Origin: an uncultured Chloroflexia bacterium
GTDB lineage: Bacteria; Chloroflexota; Chloroflexia; QHBQ01; JADMIH01
Direction: 5' to 3'
NCBI GenBank assembly: GCA_963797095.1
Contig: CAWCNY010000003.1
Span: 864,001 to 928,000, forward strand
Length of the DNA stretch: 64,000 nucleotides
Part shown: in pieces, positions 19,757 through 28,897 of the stretch
Position numbering within the stretch: position 1 is the first letter of the stretch
How the letters are laid out: every line of letters begins with the position of its first letter
The notes under the pieces: model-generated
The model's database searches: none
Seen by the model: the letters and a program-made list of their open reading frames with translations, nothing else
Told to the model about the DNA's origin: nothing
Position numbers and translations under genes: made by a program

Positions 19757-21622
19757 TTACTTGAGTGTGTCGTTAGAGTCGTTTTGTGCGTCTGCGAGGG
19801 CGTCGTTGACACTCTTGGTGCCGGTGATCGCTGCCTGTAGGTCCTGGTAGATGATGTCGCGCACCTGCTGGTACGATCCCACTTTCGGCTCGGCGGCTGT
19901 GGCGTATTGCAGGTTATCGAACGAAGCCTTAAGGCGAGGCTCTTCGGTCCACGTATCCTTCAAGGCCTGGTTGTTCGCCGCCGATTTGTTCAGAGGGAGA
20001 TAGCCGCTGATCGCGGCCCAGCGCGCGCTCTGGTCGGGCGATGTAAACCACTTGACGAACGACCATGCCGCTTGCTCGCGCTCAGGCGTAGTCTTGTACA
20101 TCAGGATATTCCCGCCGTACAGCGTCGTCACGGGGGTGCTCACATCCGAGCCGTGCGGGATCACGGTGCCCGTCCAGTTGAAGTCGTAGTCGGGGTTGTC
20201 CTTCGGATAGTAGCTCTTGATGTAGGACACCGAGGTGCTGGACGATATGATGAAGGCGCACTTCTGGTTGGCAAAGTCGATCTCGTACTGGAACTTGCCC
20301 GGCTCGGTGGCGAGGAAGGACCCATCGTTCACCCCGTCGGCCAGCATCTGAAGCTGTGCCTGGGCCTGTGGGTTATTGAAGGTGAAGGTCAACTCCTTGG
20401 GGTCCATGATCGTGCCGCCACGGCTGTAGACGCCCGCTATGAACTCGGACGTGCCTGCCTCAAACTCGTAACCGTAGATCCCATCGTCGGGTTTGGCGAC
20501 TGCTTTGGAGTCGGCCACAAACTCGTCCCAGGTTGCGGGAGGCTTGTCGATGCCAGCTGCCTTCAGCAGGTCCGCGTTGTACCAGAGCATAGGCATGCTC
20601 TTGGTGAACGGGAAGCTCCACATCTTGTTGTCGAGGGCCGGGTACATATTGGTCTTGATGAAGGCCGGGAAGAAGTCGGCCAGTTGGCTGTCGGTGAAGC
20701 CGTTGGGGCTGTTCAGGAAGTCGTCGAACGGCACGCTGAGGCCAGAATTGACGAAACCGGGCAGCCAGTTCTCATAGCCAACCGTCAGGTCGGGCAGCTC
20801 CCCTCCCGCGCCCGCCGCCTGCACCGCCTTCAACAGGTCGTCGTAGTTGTTCTTGAACTCAGGTATGACCGTGATGCCTGGGTGAGTACTGTTGAACTCG
20901 TCCACCAGAGCGTTGAGAGCATCCTGGTTGGCGCGGCTCTGGGTGTGCCAGAAGTGGACCTCGACGTTGTTGAAGGTCTTGTACTTTTCCTTCGCCTGGA
21001 ATGTGCCAAGCTGGCTCAGAAGCACATCGTAGGGGGCATCGTTCTCAGGGTGAAGCTCGAACACCGCCCGCTCGAAATACTGCACTGTATAGGTCTTGCC
21101 ATCCAGGTCGCTCTTCTCCTGGAACTCGTCGGAGATTGGGTAGCCCTGCTGCGCCAGCCCTCCCTGGCTGTTCCAGTAGTCAAGGAACTTGCCGCCCACC
21201 GTGTGGCCCGTCTGGTCGAATTTCTGAGCGTTGGCATCGGTGTTCACCTTCTGGTCGGGAGCGCCGTCGGGGTATTTCGCCTTGTAGCGATAGGTGCCAA
21301 GCTGGCTTAGAAGCACGTCGTTCGGAGGCGTGTTCTCAGGGTGTTTCTCGAACACGGCCCTCTCGAAATACTGGACTGTGTACGACTTGCCATCCAGGTC
21401 CGACACCTCGTTGAACTCGTCGGAGATCGGGTAGCCCTGCTGCGCCAGCCCGCCGTGCTCCTGCCAGTAGGTGTAAAAAGCACCGCTGACCGTGTGGTCG
21501 GTCTCGGTAAAGAGATGGGAATCATCGGCTGCACGACTCGGCCTGGATGTCCCGCCGATCAAGCCCAATAGCGTCAGGACAATGACCAGGCTGGTCGTGA
21601 CTCGTAGCATATTGCGTTTCAT
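19757..21622 (-). CDS. UgpB-like ABC substrate-binding protein with two N-terminal Chloroflexi-type 'GGLAQQGYP/YFERA' domains
   Basis: Signal peptide without lipobox; two YFERA repeats; family-1 SBP motifs 'FWHT', 'WYNADLL', 'PPATWDE', 'SGYLP'. Confidence 0.88.
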   Translation of the reverse strand: MKRNMLRVTTSLVIVLTLLGLIGGTSRPSRAADDSHLFTETDHTVSGAFYTYWQEHGGLAQQGYPISDEFNEVSDLDGKSYTVQYFERAVFEKHPENTPPNDVLLSQLGTYRYKAKYPDGAPDQKVNTDANAQKFDQTGHTVGGKFLDYWNSQGGLAQQGYPISDEFQEKSDLDGKTYTVQYFERAVFELHPENDAPYDVLLSQLGTFQAKEKYKTFNNVEVHFWHTQSRANQDALNALVDEFNSTHPGITVIPEFKNNYDDLLKAVQAAGAGGELPDLTVGYENWLPGFVNSGLSVPFDDFLNSPNGFTDSQLADFFPAFIKTNMYPALDNKMWSFPFTKSMPMLWYNADLLKAAGIDKPPATWDEFVADSKAVAKPDDGIYGYEFEAGTSEFIAGVYSRGGTIMDPKELTFTFNNPQAQAQLQMLADGVNDGSFLATEPGKFQYEIDFANQKCAFIISSSTSVSYIKSYYPKDNPDYDFNWTGTVIPHGSDVSTPVTTLYGGNILMYKTTPEREQAAWSFVKWFTSPDQSARWAAISGYLPLNKSAANNQALKDTWTEEPRLKASFDNLQYATAAEPKVGSYQQVRDIIYQDLQAAITGTKSVNDALADAQNDSNDTLK

Positions 21623-21720
21623 CTTTGTTTGCTTCCTCCTCAATTTGAACTAACAAATAGTGGTTTCAGGTTGACCCTTGGTTCATGGCGGGGGTGTCCC
21701 AAGCGTTGTTTTCCTCCTTT

Positions 21721-21793
21721 CACGTATCACGTATCACGTATCACGTATCACGTATCACGTATCACGTATCACGTATCACGTATCACGTATCAC
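21721..21793. repeat. Heptamer tandem repeat (CACGTAT) x10
   Basis: Ten perfect copies plus a partial copy in the gap between the permease and SBP genes. Confidence 0.95.
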
Positions 21794-21798
21794 AAACG

Positions 21799-22737
21799 TC
21801 AGCCGCGGATGCCACTGCGGGCTATGCCCTCCACGAAATAGCGTTGGGCCATGATATAGATCGCGACAATAGGGAGAGCAGTGAAGGCCGAGGCTGCCAT
21901 AAGCAGGTGCCAATCGGTGGGCCTATCGGCGGAAACGAAGTTGGAGAGACCAACCTGCACTACCTGCATATCGGGGTTCTGAATGACGATGAGAGGCCAT
22001 AGCAGCGCGTTCCAGCTTCCCACGAAGCTGAACAGCCCCGCGGTGATCAGGGCTGGCCGGGCAAGTGGCATGGCGATGCGCCACAGGTAGCGCAACCGCC
22101 CCGCCCCGTCCAGTTGCGCCGACTCCCAGAGGTCGCTGGGGAGCGAGGCGAAGAACTGGCGCAGGAGAAAGATGTTGAACGCGCTGGCGGTCCAGGGCAC
22201 GATGAGGGCGGGATATTGGTTGTACCAGTTCAGGTTCTTGACGATCACGAAGTTGGGTATATAGCCCGCCTCATACGGGATCATCATAGTGGCAAGGATC
22301 AGGATGAAGATGACGTTTTTGCCGGGGAAATCGATGGTGGCGAAGGCGTAGCCCGCCAGCACGGAGGTGATCAGCACGCCCAGCGTGACGGCGCTCGCCA
22401 CCAGTATGGTGTTGAGGAAATAGCGGGCAAAAGGCGCGCTATTCCACGCCTCAACGTAATTGCCGAACTGCCAGGAGGGGATCAGAGTTTTCCAGATCTC
22501 GGTGCCCGTCGGGTAGCCGGAGGCTTCCTGCAACGTCTTGAGCGAGGTGATTATCATCCATAAGAACGGGAATACCACCACGATAGCCCCGATGCTCAGG
22601 ATGACGTAGGTGAGCCAGTCGCCGCGCGGCGGCGCGCCACCTGCGTATTCCTCGCGCTCGCGAATCTCACGGGCGGTGCGGCCTCGCACCTCCAACTCTT
22701 CGGCCATATTGGTTGCGTTAGTGCCAATTGCTTCCAA
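21799..22737 (-). CDS. Carbohydrate ABC permease (UgpE-like)
   Basis: 'LWESAQLDGA', 'WNALLWPL', 'QRYFVEGI'. Confidence 0.92.
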   Translation of the reverse strand: MEAIGTNATNMAEELEVRGRTAREIREREEYAGGAPPRGDWLTYVILSIGAIVVVFPFLWMIITSLKTLQEASGYPTGTEIWKTLIPSWQFGNYVEAWNSAPFARYFLNTILVASAVTLGVLITSVLAGYAFATIDFPGKNVIFILILATMMIPYEAGYIPNFVIVKNLNWYNQYPALIVPWTASAFNIFLLRQFFASLPSDLWESAQLDGAGRLRYLWRIAMPLARPALITAGLFSFVGSWNALLWPLIVIQNPDMQVVQVGLSNFVSADRPTDWHLLMAASAFTALPIVAIYIMAQRYFVEGIARSGIRG

Positions 22738-22770
22738 AACCTTGATTGCCTCCGGAAAAAGTTAGTAGAC

Positions 22771-23814
22771 CTAATAATGCACGCGGCTGCCAAGCAGGCG
22801 TGTTTGCGCTACAGTGAGCACCAGTATCATCACGAAAAGTACAATCGCTATAGTGGAGGCGTAGCCGAGGCCGAGATTGCTGTAGGAGAAGGCAGCTTTG
22901 TAGAAGTAGAGTGTAAGCACAGATGTAGTGTTCTGTGGCCCTCCCGACCCGATCGGGATGCTCGTGCTGAATATCGGAGTGAACGATTGAAACGCGCCGA
23001 TAGTGCTGACGATCAGCAGGAAGTAGGTGGTGGGGCTGAGCAGGGGCCAGGTGATGTTGCGGAACGTTTGCCACGCCCCGGCTCCATCCACGCGGGCCGC
23101 CTCGTAAAGCTCGCGCGGGATGTTGTTGAGGCCCGCGAGGAAGACCACGCTGTTGAACCCAACCAGGCTCCAGACGGCCAGGGTGATGATCGTGACGAGG
23201 GAGAGGCTGGGGCCGGTCGCCCAGGCGGGCCAGACCGGCCCGTGGGGCGCGAATATAAGCTGGAATATACCCCTCGGTTCTTCGAGCCATCGCACGCTTC
23301 CCAGACCTACGCTGTTCAGGAGGGCATTGGCGAGGCCGCCGGGGGTCTTGCCCAGAGGAGAGCGAAAGATCCACTGCCACACCGTGCCAGCCACCACCAG
23401 GGAAGTGATGTAAGGGAGAAAATAGATGGTGCGGAAGAATGTGCGCCGCTTGGTTATGCGCTGCAACAGCAAGGCTATCACCAGTGAGATGCCCAGCCCG
23501 AAGATTATCGTGCCGCCCGCATACCAGAGCGTGTTGGCTAATGACTGCCAGAAAACACGGTCGTGTATCAGCCGGTCGTAATTTTGCCCACCGACATACC
23601 ATTGTGGCAGGGGCATCAGGCCCACTGGCACCGAAAATTTAAAGAAGCTCAGAAGCAGCGCGTAAATTATCGGGAAGAAGTGGAAGACGGCCAGTATGAC
23701 CACTGCCGGAAGTATAAAGATATATCCGGTTAGTGCCTCACGCAATCGTTTCGTGCTTCGTTTTTGCTTCGGTAGAGTGTCTCGCTGCGAGGTGGCAGAA
23801 TAGGGTATGTTCAT
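22771..23814 (-). CDS. Carbohydrate ABC permease (UgpA-like)
   Basis: 'LYEAARVDGA', 'ITWPLLSPT', 'GYAS'. Confidence 0.92.
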   Translation of the reverse strand: MNIPYSATSQRDTLPKQKRSTKRLREALTGYIFILPAVVILAVFHFFPIIYALLLSFFKFSVPVGLMPLPQWYVGGQNYDRLIHDRVFWQSLANTLWYAGGTIIFGLGISLVIALLLQRITKRRTFFRTIYFLPYITSLVVAGTVWQWIFRSPLGKTPGGLANALLNSVGLGSVRWLEEPRGIFQLIFAPHGPVWPAWATGPSLSLVTIITLAVWSLVGFNSVVFLAGLNNIPRELYEAARVDGAGAWQTFRNITWPLLSPTTYFLLIVSTIGAFQSFTPIFSTSIPIGSGGPQNTTSVLTLYFYKAAFSYSNLGLGYASTIAIVLFVMILVLTVAQTRLLGSRVHY

Positions 23815-24100
23815 AACAGAACAAGGGTCCTCAATTTTCCATGCCCCAAAGCATATCTTTCGGCCTTTTCCAGGGTATTATGGACTTGTTAACAGCGTGT
23901 TAACGATTTAAGTTAGACGTTTATTATAGTAATCGATCTGTTTGCCGTATCATACAGGCGAAAGTCCATAATTCGGGAATCCAGAGACCCAAAACCAACG
24001 ATACAGGTCTCTATTACCCTGGACGGCAGGCCCATTGACCGCATTTTGCAGGGTACACTCTAGCACAAGAGCACAAACCTGTCAATGAAACATCGGAATG

Positions 24101-25567
24101 GTAAGTGTTCAGACTTGAGGTGGAGCAATTTCCACTATATGCTATGGGCATGACTGTTGAAGAAGAAGTTGCCCAGCTGAGGGAAGAGAATAGGCAGCTA
24201 CGTGAACAGCTTGAGCAAGCATTGGCTGTGATTGCTCAACTACGTGCAGAACTGGACAAGTACAGAGAGAACAAGAGCAAACCACCTTCCTTCGTCAAGC
24301 CCAACAGTGCTAAACCCAAAGACAAAGCCCAAAAGCAGCCCCGCCGCAAACGAGCCAAAGACCAAAACGGTGCTCGTCGTCGGGAGCAAAACCCCCCCCA
24401 AACGATACAGCATACAGTGCAGCAGTGTCCCACCTGCGCCTACCCTCTGCAACACCCCCAAATCGCCCAGCGCCGTCAGGTGATAGAACTGCCTCCTCCC
24501 CTTCCTGTAGAAGTTACCGAGCACCAGTTGTACAAGAGTTGGTGCCCTCGTTGTGAGAAGTGGCATCAGGCGCACGTTGACCTGAGCACACAGGTAATCG
24601 GACAAAGCAGAATGGGAGTACGCATTGCCTCCCTCATAGCTTACCTACGTACCACATTGAGAATGCCGGTCCGCCTCATCAGGGAGTACCTGTTGAGCCT
24701 GCACAATCTGACCATCTCCACTGGAGAGATAGTGGAGTTGCTGCATCGAGTGGCAGGGGCTGAAAAGGTGCAAGCGGCTACCCAGTCAATCAAGGAACGG
24801 GTGAGAAAGAGTGCTATCGTGCATGGCGATGAAACAGGGTGGCGAGAAGGGGGACACAACGGCTACATCTGGTGCTTTTGTACACCCGATGGTGAGCGAT
24901 ACTACGAGTATGACCACTCACGAGCAGGGGCTGTAGTCAAACGGATACTCGGCTCAGAGTTCAAAGGCACCCTTGTGACCGACTTCTATGTAGCGTACAA
25001 CGACTTGCCATGTGAGCACCAACGCTGCTGGGTGCATCTGCTGAGAGACTTGCATAAGCTGAAAGAAGAGCACAAAGAGGGTCCGGATAACGAGGCAGTG
25101 CTGGGTTGGGCTGCTCAGTTACGCAAGCTGTACGACCAGGCTCAAAACGCCTTGAAAGGTAAGGGTCGTTGGGGACGATGGCCTCCCACCCAGCAACAAC
25201 GAGAAGTGCTCTACATAGAACTGGTTGAAGGTGTGGCACAACTGGCAGGGCGGTACTCAAATGCCAAAGAACATGGTGCTCACCCATGCCACACATTGTC
25301 CAAACGATTGATGCTGCACCAGGACAGCCTGTTTCAGTTCGTGCTACAAGAGGGCTTGTCGGCTGACAACAACCTGGCCGAGCGCTCGGTACGTCCTGTG
25401 GTGGTGATGCGTAAGGTATCAGGCGGCTCTCAATCCGAGCGCGGCTCACGCACTCGCATGACGTTGGCCTCCTTGTTTGGCACCTGGCGTGCTAAGGGTC
25501 TCAATCCCTTCTCAGAATGTATGCTCCTCTTGGTTCAACCCTCTACACCATTAGTCTGAACACTTAC
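24101..25567 (+). mobile_element. IS66-family insertion sequence (single-ORF, ISBst12-like), 1467 bp
   Basis: TIRs GTAAGTGTTCAGACT (24101-24115 / 25553-25567); 8-bp target duplication TCGGAATG (24093-24100 and 25568-25575). Confidence 0.95.
24144..25559 (+). CDS. IS66-family transposase
   Basis: Coiled coil, Zn finger (CPTC...CPRC), 'HGDETGW', 'QRCWVHLLR', 'DNNLAERSVR' motifs. Confidence 0.95.
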   Translation: MGMTVEEEVAQLREENRQLREQLEQALAVIAQLRAELDKYRENKSKPPSFVKPNSAKPKDKAQKQPRRKRAKDQNGARRREQNPPQTIQHTVQQCPTCAYPLQHPQIAQRRQVIELPPPLPVEVTEHQLYKSWCPRCEKWHQAHVDLSTQVIGQSRMGVRIASLIAYLRTTLRMPVRLIREYLLSLHNLTISTGEIVELLHRVAGAEKVQAATQSIKERVRKSAIVHGDETGWREGGHNGYIWCFCTPDGERYYEYDHSRAGAVVKRILGSEFKGTLVTDFYVAYNDLPCEHQRCWVHLLRDLHKLKEEHKEGPDNEAVLGWAAQLRKLYDQAQNALKGKGRWGRWPPTQQQREVLYIELVEGVAQLAGRYSNAKEHGAHPCHTLSKRLMLHQDSLFQFVLQEGLSADNNLAERSVRPVVVMRKVSGGSQSERGSRTRMTLASLFGTWRAKGLNPFSECMLLLVQPSTPLV

Positions 25568-25620
25568 TCGGAATGTTCCCAGGGCAAACGCATCTAAGTC
25601 GGTTGGGGGCTGAGAAGCAC

Positions 25621-25749
25621 CTTGAGGAGGTTTAGAGCCATGTAGCCCAACACCGAGAAGTTCTCGGCAGAGTGGTCTTTACGGGTGCGATTGTGGTCCT
25701 CTTGGAAAGCTACGTCCAGCACCCAGTACAACTTGTTCTCTATGCTCCG
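25621..25749 (-). pseudogene. ISAs1-family transposase C-terminal fragment
   Basis: Manual translation RSIENKLYWVLDVAFQEDHNRTRKDHSAENFSVLGYMALNLLK matches the ISAs1 motif 'IEN.LHW.LDV.F.ED'. Confidence 0.85.
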
Positions 25750-25809
25750 AGGGATCTCCTTGCTCTGAGACCTGACACTCCCGGATCTGACACTTCCCTT
25801 TGCGACAGG

Positions 25810-26427
25810 TCACTTTGCGTCGAATACATCGCCAGCTCTCAGATCGAGATCGGCTAATAGTGCAGACGTTACCTGCTGGCCTCGGCGAAAGACACCGTGT
25901 TCGACGTAGGTTGTGCCATGCAATGTCAACACGGTGAAGGTTTCCTCCAGGGGGTTCACGATCCAGTATTCGCGGATCCCTGCCTCTGCGTATTCGCCAC
26001 GTTTGGTCTGAGTATCACGCTTTGGGTCGTCTGGGCTTACCACCTCGATGACCAGATCAGCACCCAGCCAAAAGGAGTCCTGGAAGCGAGAGTCGTTGCG
26101 ATCGAGCAATAGGAGAATATCTGGCTCGCGGTACTTACCGGGGCGGAGTTGTAACGGGAGTGCAGCGAACGCCACTATTCCCCCATACTGCTCCAGCAAT
26201 GTGTACAGCACCCGATAGAGAAACCCGATAATCAATTGATGCTTGCTGCTGGGCATTGGTAGGACCTCGAGAACACCGTCGGTAAACTCAATGAGCCGGT
26301 TGGTCTGCTCGCCTAACCGGATGTATTGCTGCTCAGTCCACAGCCCCTGGAGCGCACCAAGATCGATTTCAATCTGCTGATCGTCCGAGACCAGATGCAT
26401 ACCCGGAGCCACCCTACCCGTAACCAT
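25810..26427 (-). CDS. Uma2 (DUF820) family PD-(D/E)xK endonuclease-like protein
   Basis: 'REPDI', 'ADLVIEVVSP', 'K..EYA.AGIREYWIV.P'. Confidence 0.9.
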   Translation of the reverse strand: MVTGRVAPGMHLVSDDQQIEIDLGALQGLWTEQQYIRLGEQTNRLIEFTDGVLEVLPMPSSKHQLIIGFLYRVLYTLLEQYGGIVAFAALPLQLRPGKYREPDILLLLDRNDSRFQDSFWLGADLVIEVVSPDDPKRDTQTKRGEYAEAGIREYWIVNPLEETFTVLTLHGTTYVEHGVFRRGQQVTSALLADLDLRAGDVFDAK

Positions 26428-26546
26428 AATCGGATCCCCTTATCTGCTGTTTCGATTGTTACGATAGACAAGTTTGCTTCAGTATACTCGTCACAAGTGT
26501 GGCACACAACCTCAGCCGAAGCCGCAAATTCGGCATCCAAATATAA

Positions 26547-26740
26547 TGGGCTTCCCCTATGGAAGTAGCAGACAGGACCAGCAAGACCAACGATGCCACC
26601 GAGGAAAGTATACAGCCGAGAGTTAAAGCTGGGAGCTTTGCGATTGTGCGCCATTCAGCAATCGGGTACGTCAGTCCAGACGCATTCGAGAAGAGACATT
26701 TCGAATCGAATCGCGAGTCATTCGTATCGGGGCAAGCTCA
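26547..26740 (+). mobile_element. Internally deleted IS3-family relic (194 bp)
   Basis: Ends TGGGCTTCCCC / GGGGCAAGCTCA; OrfA-like start MPPRKVYSRELKLGALRL joined to OrfB-like C-terminal RHSAIGYVSPDAFE. Confidence 0.7.
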
Positions 26741-26750
26741 CTAGGCCCCT

Positions 26751-26797
26751 TTGACAATCCTCTCCTCCCTGAGCTATAATCTAGACAGACTAGACAG
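26751..26797 (+). promoter_or_regulatory. Consensus sigma70 promoter and likely operator of vapBC
   Basis: TTGACA-N18-TATAAT (26751-26780) followed by CTAGACAG direct repeats (26781-26797). Confidence 0.8.
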
Positions 26798-26818
26798 CAC
26801 ACTGAAGGAGGAGTTATT

Positions 26819-27073
26819 ATGGTACGCCGCTGGCAGCTTCAGGAGGCTAAAAACCGGTTCAGCCAAGTCATCGAGGAGGCCCTGAAGGACGGACCGCAAC
26901 TTATTACCCGGCGCGGCGTTGAGACCGCGGTTGTTCTGTCGTTTGCAGATTATCGGAAGATGCTTCTTGGCCGCAAAAGGCTGTCCGAGTTCTTCCGGGA
27001 TTCCCCCCTCGCTGGCCTTGATCTCGATCTGAGGCGCGATACCAGCCCCGCACGTGACGGGGTTGCCTTGTGA
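26819..27073 (+). CDS. vapB: Phd/YefM-family antitoxin
   Basis: 'WQLQEAKNRFSQVI..A..DGPQLITRRG'; directly upstream of a PIN toxin. Confidence 0.9.
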   Translation: MVRRWQLQEAKNRFSQVIEEALKDGPQLITRRGVETAVVLSFADYRKMLLGRKRLSEFFRDSPLAGLDLDLRRDTSPARDGVAL

Positions 27074-27074
27074 A

Positions 27075-27494
27075 GTGAAATACCTTCTTGATACCAACGT
27101 CATCTCGGAGCTTATTACCAGACAACCGAACCAGCAAGTAGTCCGGTGGATCGATACCTTGGACACGAACAGTGTCTACCTCAGCGTTATCACTATAGGT
27201 GAACTCCGCAAAGGTATTGAGAAGTTGGCGGACTCGCCGCGCAAGGATACCCTTAGTGCCTGGCTCACTGACGATCTGCTAGTTCGCTTTAGTGGTCGAG
27301 TGTTGCCTGTGGATGTAGATGTGATGCTGACTTGGGGCGAACTAACAGGGAGGTTGGAACGCGCCGGTCGGCCGCTCCCAGCTATCAACTCATTTATCTC
27401 TGCTCTCGCAATTCATCACAGATGTAGCTTGGTGACGCGCAACGAAGACGACTTCAAGGATACGGGTGTAACAGTCCTCAATCCATGGAAGTAG
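27075..27494 (+). CDS. vapC: VapC PIN-domain toxin
   Basis: 'YLLDTNVISE', 'LSVITIGEL..G', 'LVTRN..DF', 'NPW'; GTG start; usual 'D.LIAA' reads 'NSFISA'. Confidence 0.9.
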   Translation: MKYLLDTNVISELITRQPNQQVVRWIDTLDTNSVYLSVITIGELRKGIEKLADSPRKDTLSAWLTDDLLVRFSGRVLPVDVDVMLTWGELTGRLERAGRPLPAINSFISALAIHHRCSLVTRNEDDFKDTGVTVLNPWK

Positions 27495-27627
27495 CGAACC
27501 TTGTGCTGGCTACCCAACACATCCAGGCCCTGGGAATGTTCCCCAGAACACGTAATTGAGGCCTGAACGCTGCGGTGCTCTAGCGGTCTATATAGGGAGG
27601 GATATGTCGCTCACTGTGGGGGTTAGA

Positions 27628-27645
27628 TTTTTGTCGCGACAAAAA
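27628..27645. promoter_or_regulatory. Candidate parS (copy 1) TTTTTGTCGCGACAAAAA
   Basis: Perfect 18-bp palindrome 30 bp downstream of parB; identical copies at 33923 and 49492. Confidence 0.7.
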
Positions 27646-27675
27646 AATGCGCGACCTCCACGTGTAAAATGGGGG

Positions 27676-28812
27676 TCACCGCGCGCCCGGAACGTCGCCG
27701 CCGGGGTTCTCGATCTCTCTCTCCAACCCCAGCATAATAGCCAGCCTCCGGACCATGATCGTGATGGTGGCGAGGTCCAGCTTCTCTTCCATCGATAGCT
27801 CGGTGGTGCTGTCGATGCTGTCGGTGTAGTTCTGCAACAGGGCAGCGATGCGGGCCAACTTGCTCCTGCGCGCGCGCTGCTGGAAGCGCACCTCGACCCA
27901 GTCGCGCTTCGCTTCCTCCCTGCTGGATGTCTGCGTGGGCCTGTCGCGCTCGACCGGTATCTCTACGCCATCCACAAGCACAGTCTCGACGGGGGCCGCG
28001 CCTTTCCCCTCTCCCACCTCAGGCTCGCTGAGGGAGGTTGGCACAGGGGGCGCGCTTTCCTCCTGCGTGGCCTGCTCTGCCGCCCCGGCAACCGCCTTGC
28101 GCTCCTCCCGGATCTCTTTCACATAGGCGAGGATGTCGTCGGTGGTGATAGCGCCTCTCAGCAGGGAATCTATTATCATGGCGCGGTCCTGCTCGGATTC
28201 GACCCGCACCAGGTTGGCGACCGCCCGCAGGCTGTCGGGCTTCTGCTCGACCAGCGCCTGAATGTCGGGCGGGGCCTTGGCTACCCTCACCCTGTTGTAG
28301 ACATACCCAAGCTTCTTGCCCACCTCTTTGGCGATCTGCTCAAGCGTATAGCCCATCTCCTCCTGCATCAGCACGTAGATCTTGCCCTCTTCCAGGGGCG
28401 TGAGGTCCTCGCGCTGGATGTTCTCGGTGATGGCAAGCATCGCCATCTCCTCGTCGCTAAGCTCGCGCACGATCACCGGCAGCGAGGCGATCCCGACCAG
28501 CCGCGAGGCGTCCCTGCGCCTGTGCCCCGCCGTAAGCTGGTAGTGCCCGCGCTGCTCAGGGTGGGGCCGCGCCAGCAGCACGCCCTGGAAGCCCTGCCCC
28601 CTGATTACCGAGGCCAGTTCCTCAAGCGCCTCCGCGTTCACAGCAGCGCGGGGCTGGTAGGGGTTATCGAGCAGCCGCTCGATGGGGAGCGCGGTCGCCT
28701 GGCTGGCATCGGGCTGCCCACCGCCAAGGCTTGTCGTGAAGAGCCTGCTCATGTCCTTGCCAGGCGCATCGAGGTCCAATTCCACCGGTTTGAGATTTCG
28801 CTTGCGGGTCAT
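27676..28812 (-). CDS. parB: ParB/Spo0J-family CTPase partition protein
   Basis: 'NPYQPR', 'AGHRR', 'ENIQREDL.PLEE', HTH 'TLEQIAKEVGKK'; GGAGG RBS before ATG 28812. Confidence 0.93.
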   Translation of the reverse strand: MTRKRNLKPVELDLDAPGKDMSRLFTTSLGGGQPDASQATALPIERLLDNPYQPRAAVNAEALEELASVIRGQGFQGVLLARPHPEQRGHYQLTAGHRRRDASRLVGIASLPVIVRELSDEEMAMLAITENIQREDLTPLEEGKIYVLMQEEMGYTLEQIAKEVGKKLGYVYNRVRVAKAPPDIQALVEQKPDSLRAVANLVRVESEQDRAMIIDSLLRGAITTDDILAYVKEIREERKAVAGAAEQATQEESAPPVPTSLSEPEVGEGKGAAPVETVLVDGVEIPVERDRPTQTSSREEAKRDWVEVRFQQRARRSKLARIAALLQNYTDSIDSTTELSMEEKLDLATITIMVRRLAIMLGLEREIENPGGDVPGAR

Positions 28813-28843
28813 CTTTGCTCCATCCTCCAACCCCATACTCGCA

Positions 28844-28897
28844 ACTCGTCACTCGTCACTCGTCACTCGTCACTCGTCACTCGTCACTCGTCACTCG
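28844..28897. repeat. Heptamer tandem repeat (ACTCGTC) x7.7
   Basis: Perfect copies filling the gap upstream of parB and overlapping the stop codon of the preceding gene. Confidence 0.95.

Larger units (their letters stand above)
25580..27532 (-). mobile_element. Non-autonomous ISAs1-derived element carrying cargo (Uma2, IS3 relic, vapBC)
   Basis: Ends CAGGGC.../...GCCCTG flanked by the exact 10-bp direct repeat GGAATGTTCC (25570-25579, 27533-27542); ISAs1 transposase fragment just inside the left end. Confidence 0.7.

Noticed and set aside
21721-21793. Tandem repeats as a CRISPR array
   Set aside because: No spacers, 7-bp unit and no cas genes in the window
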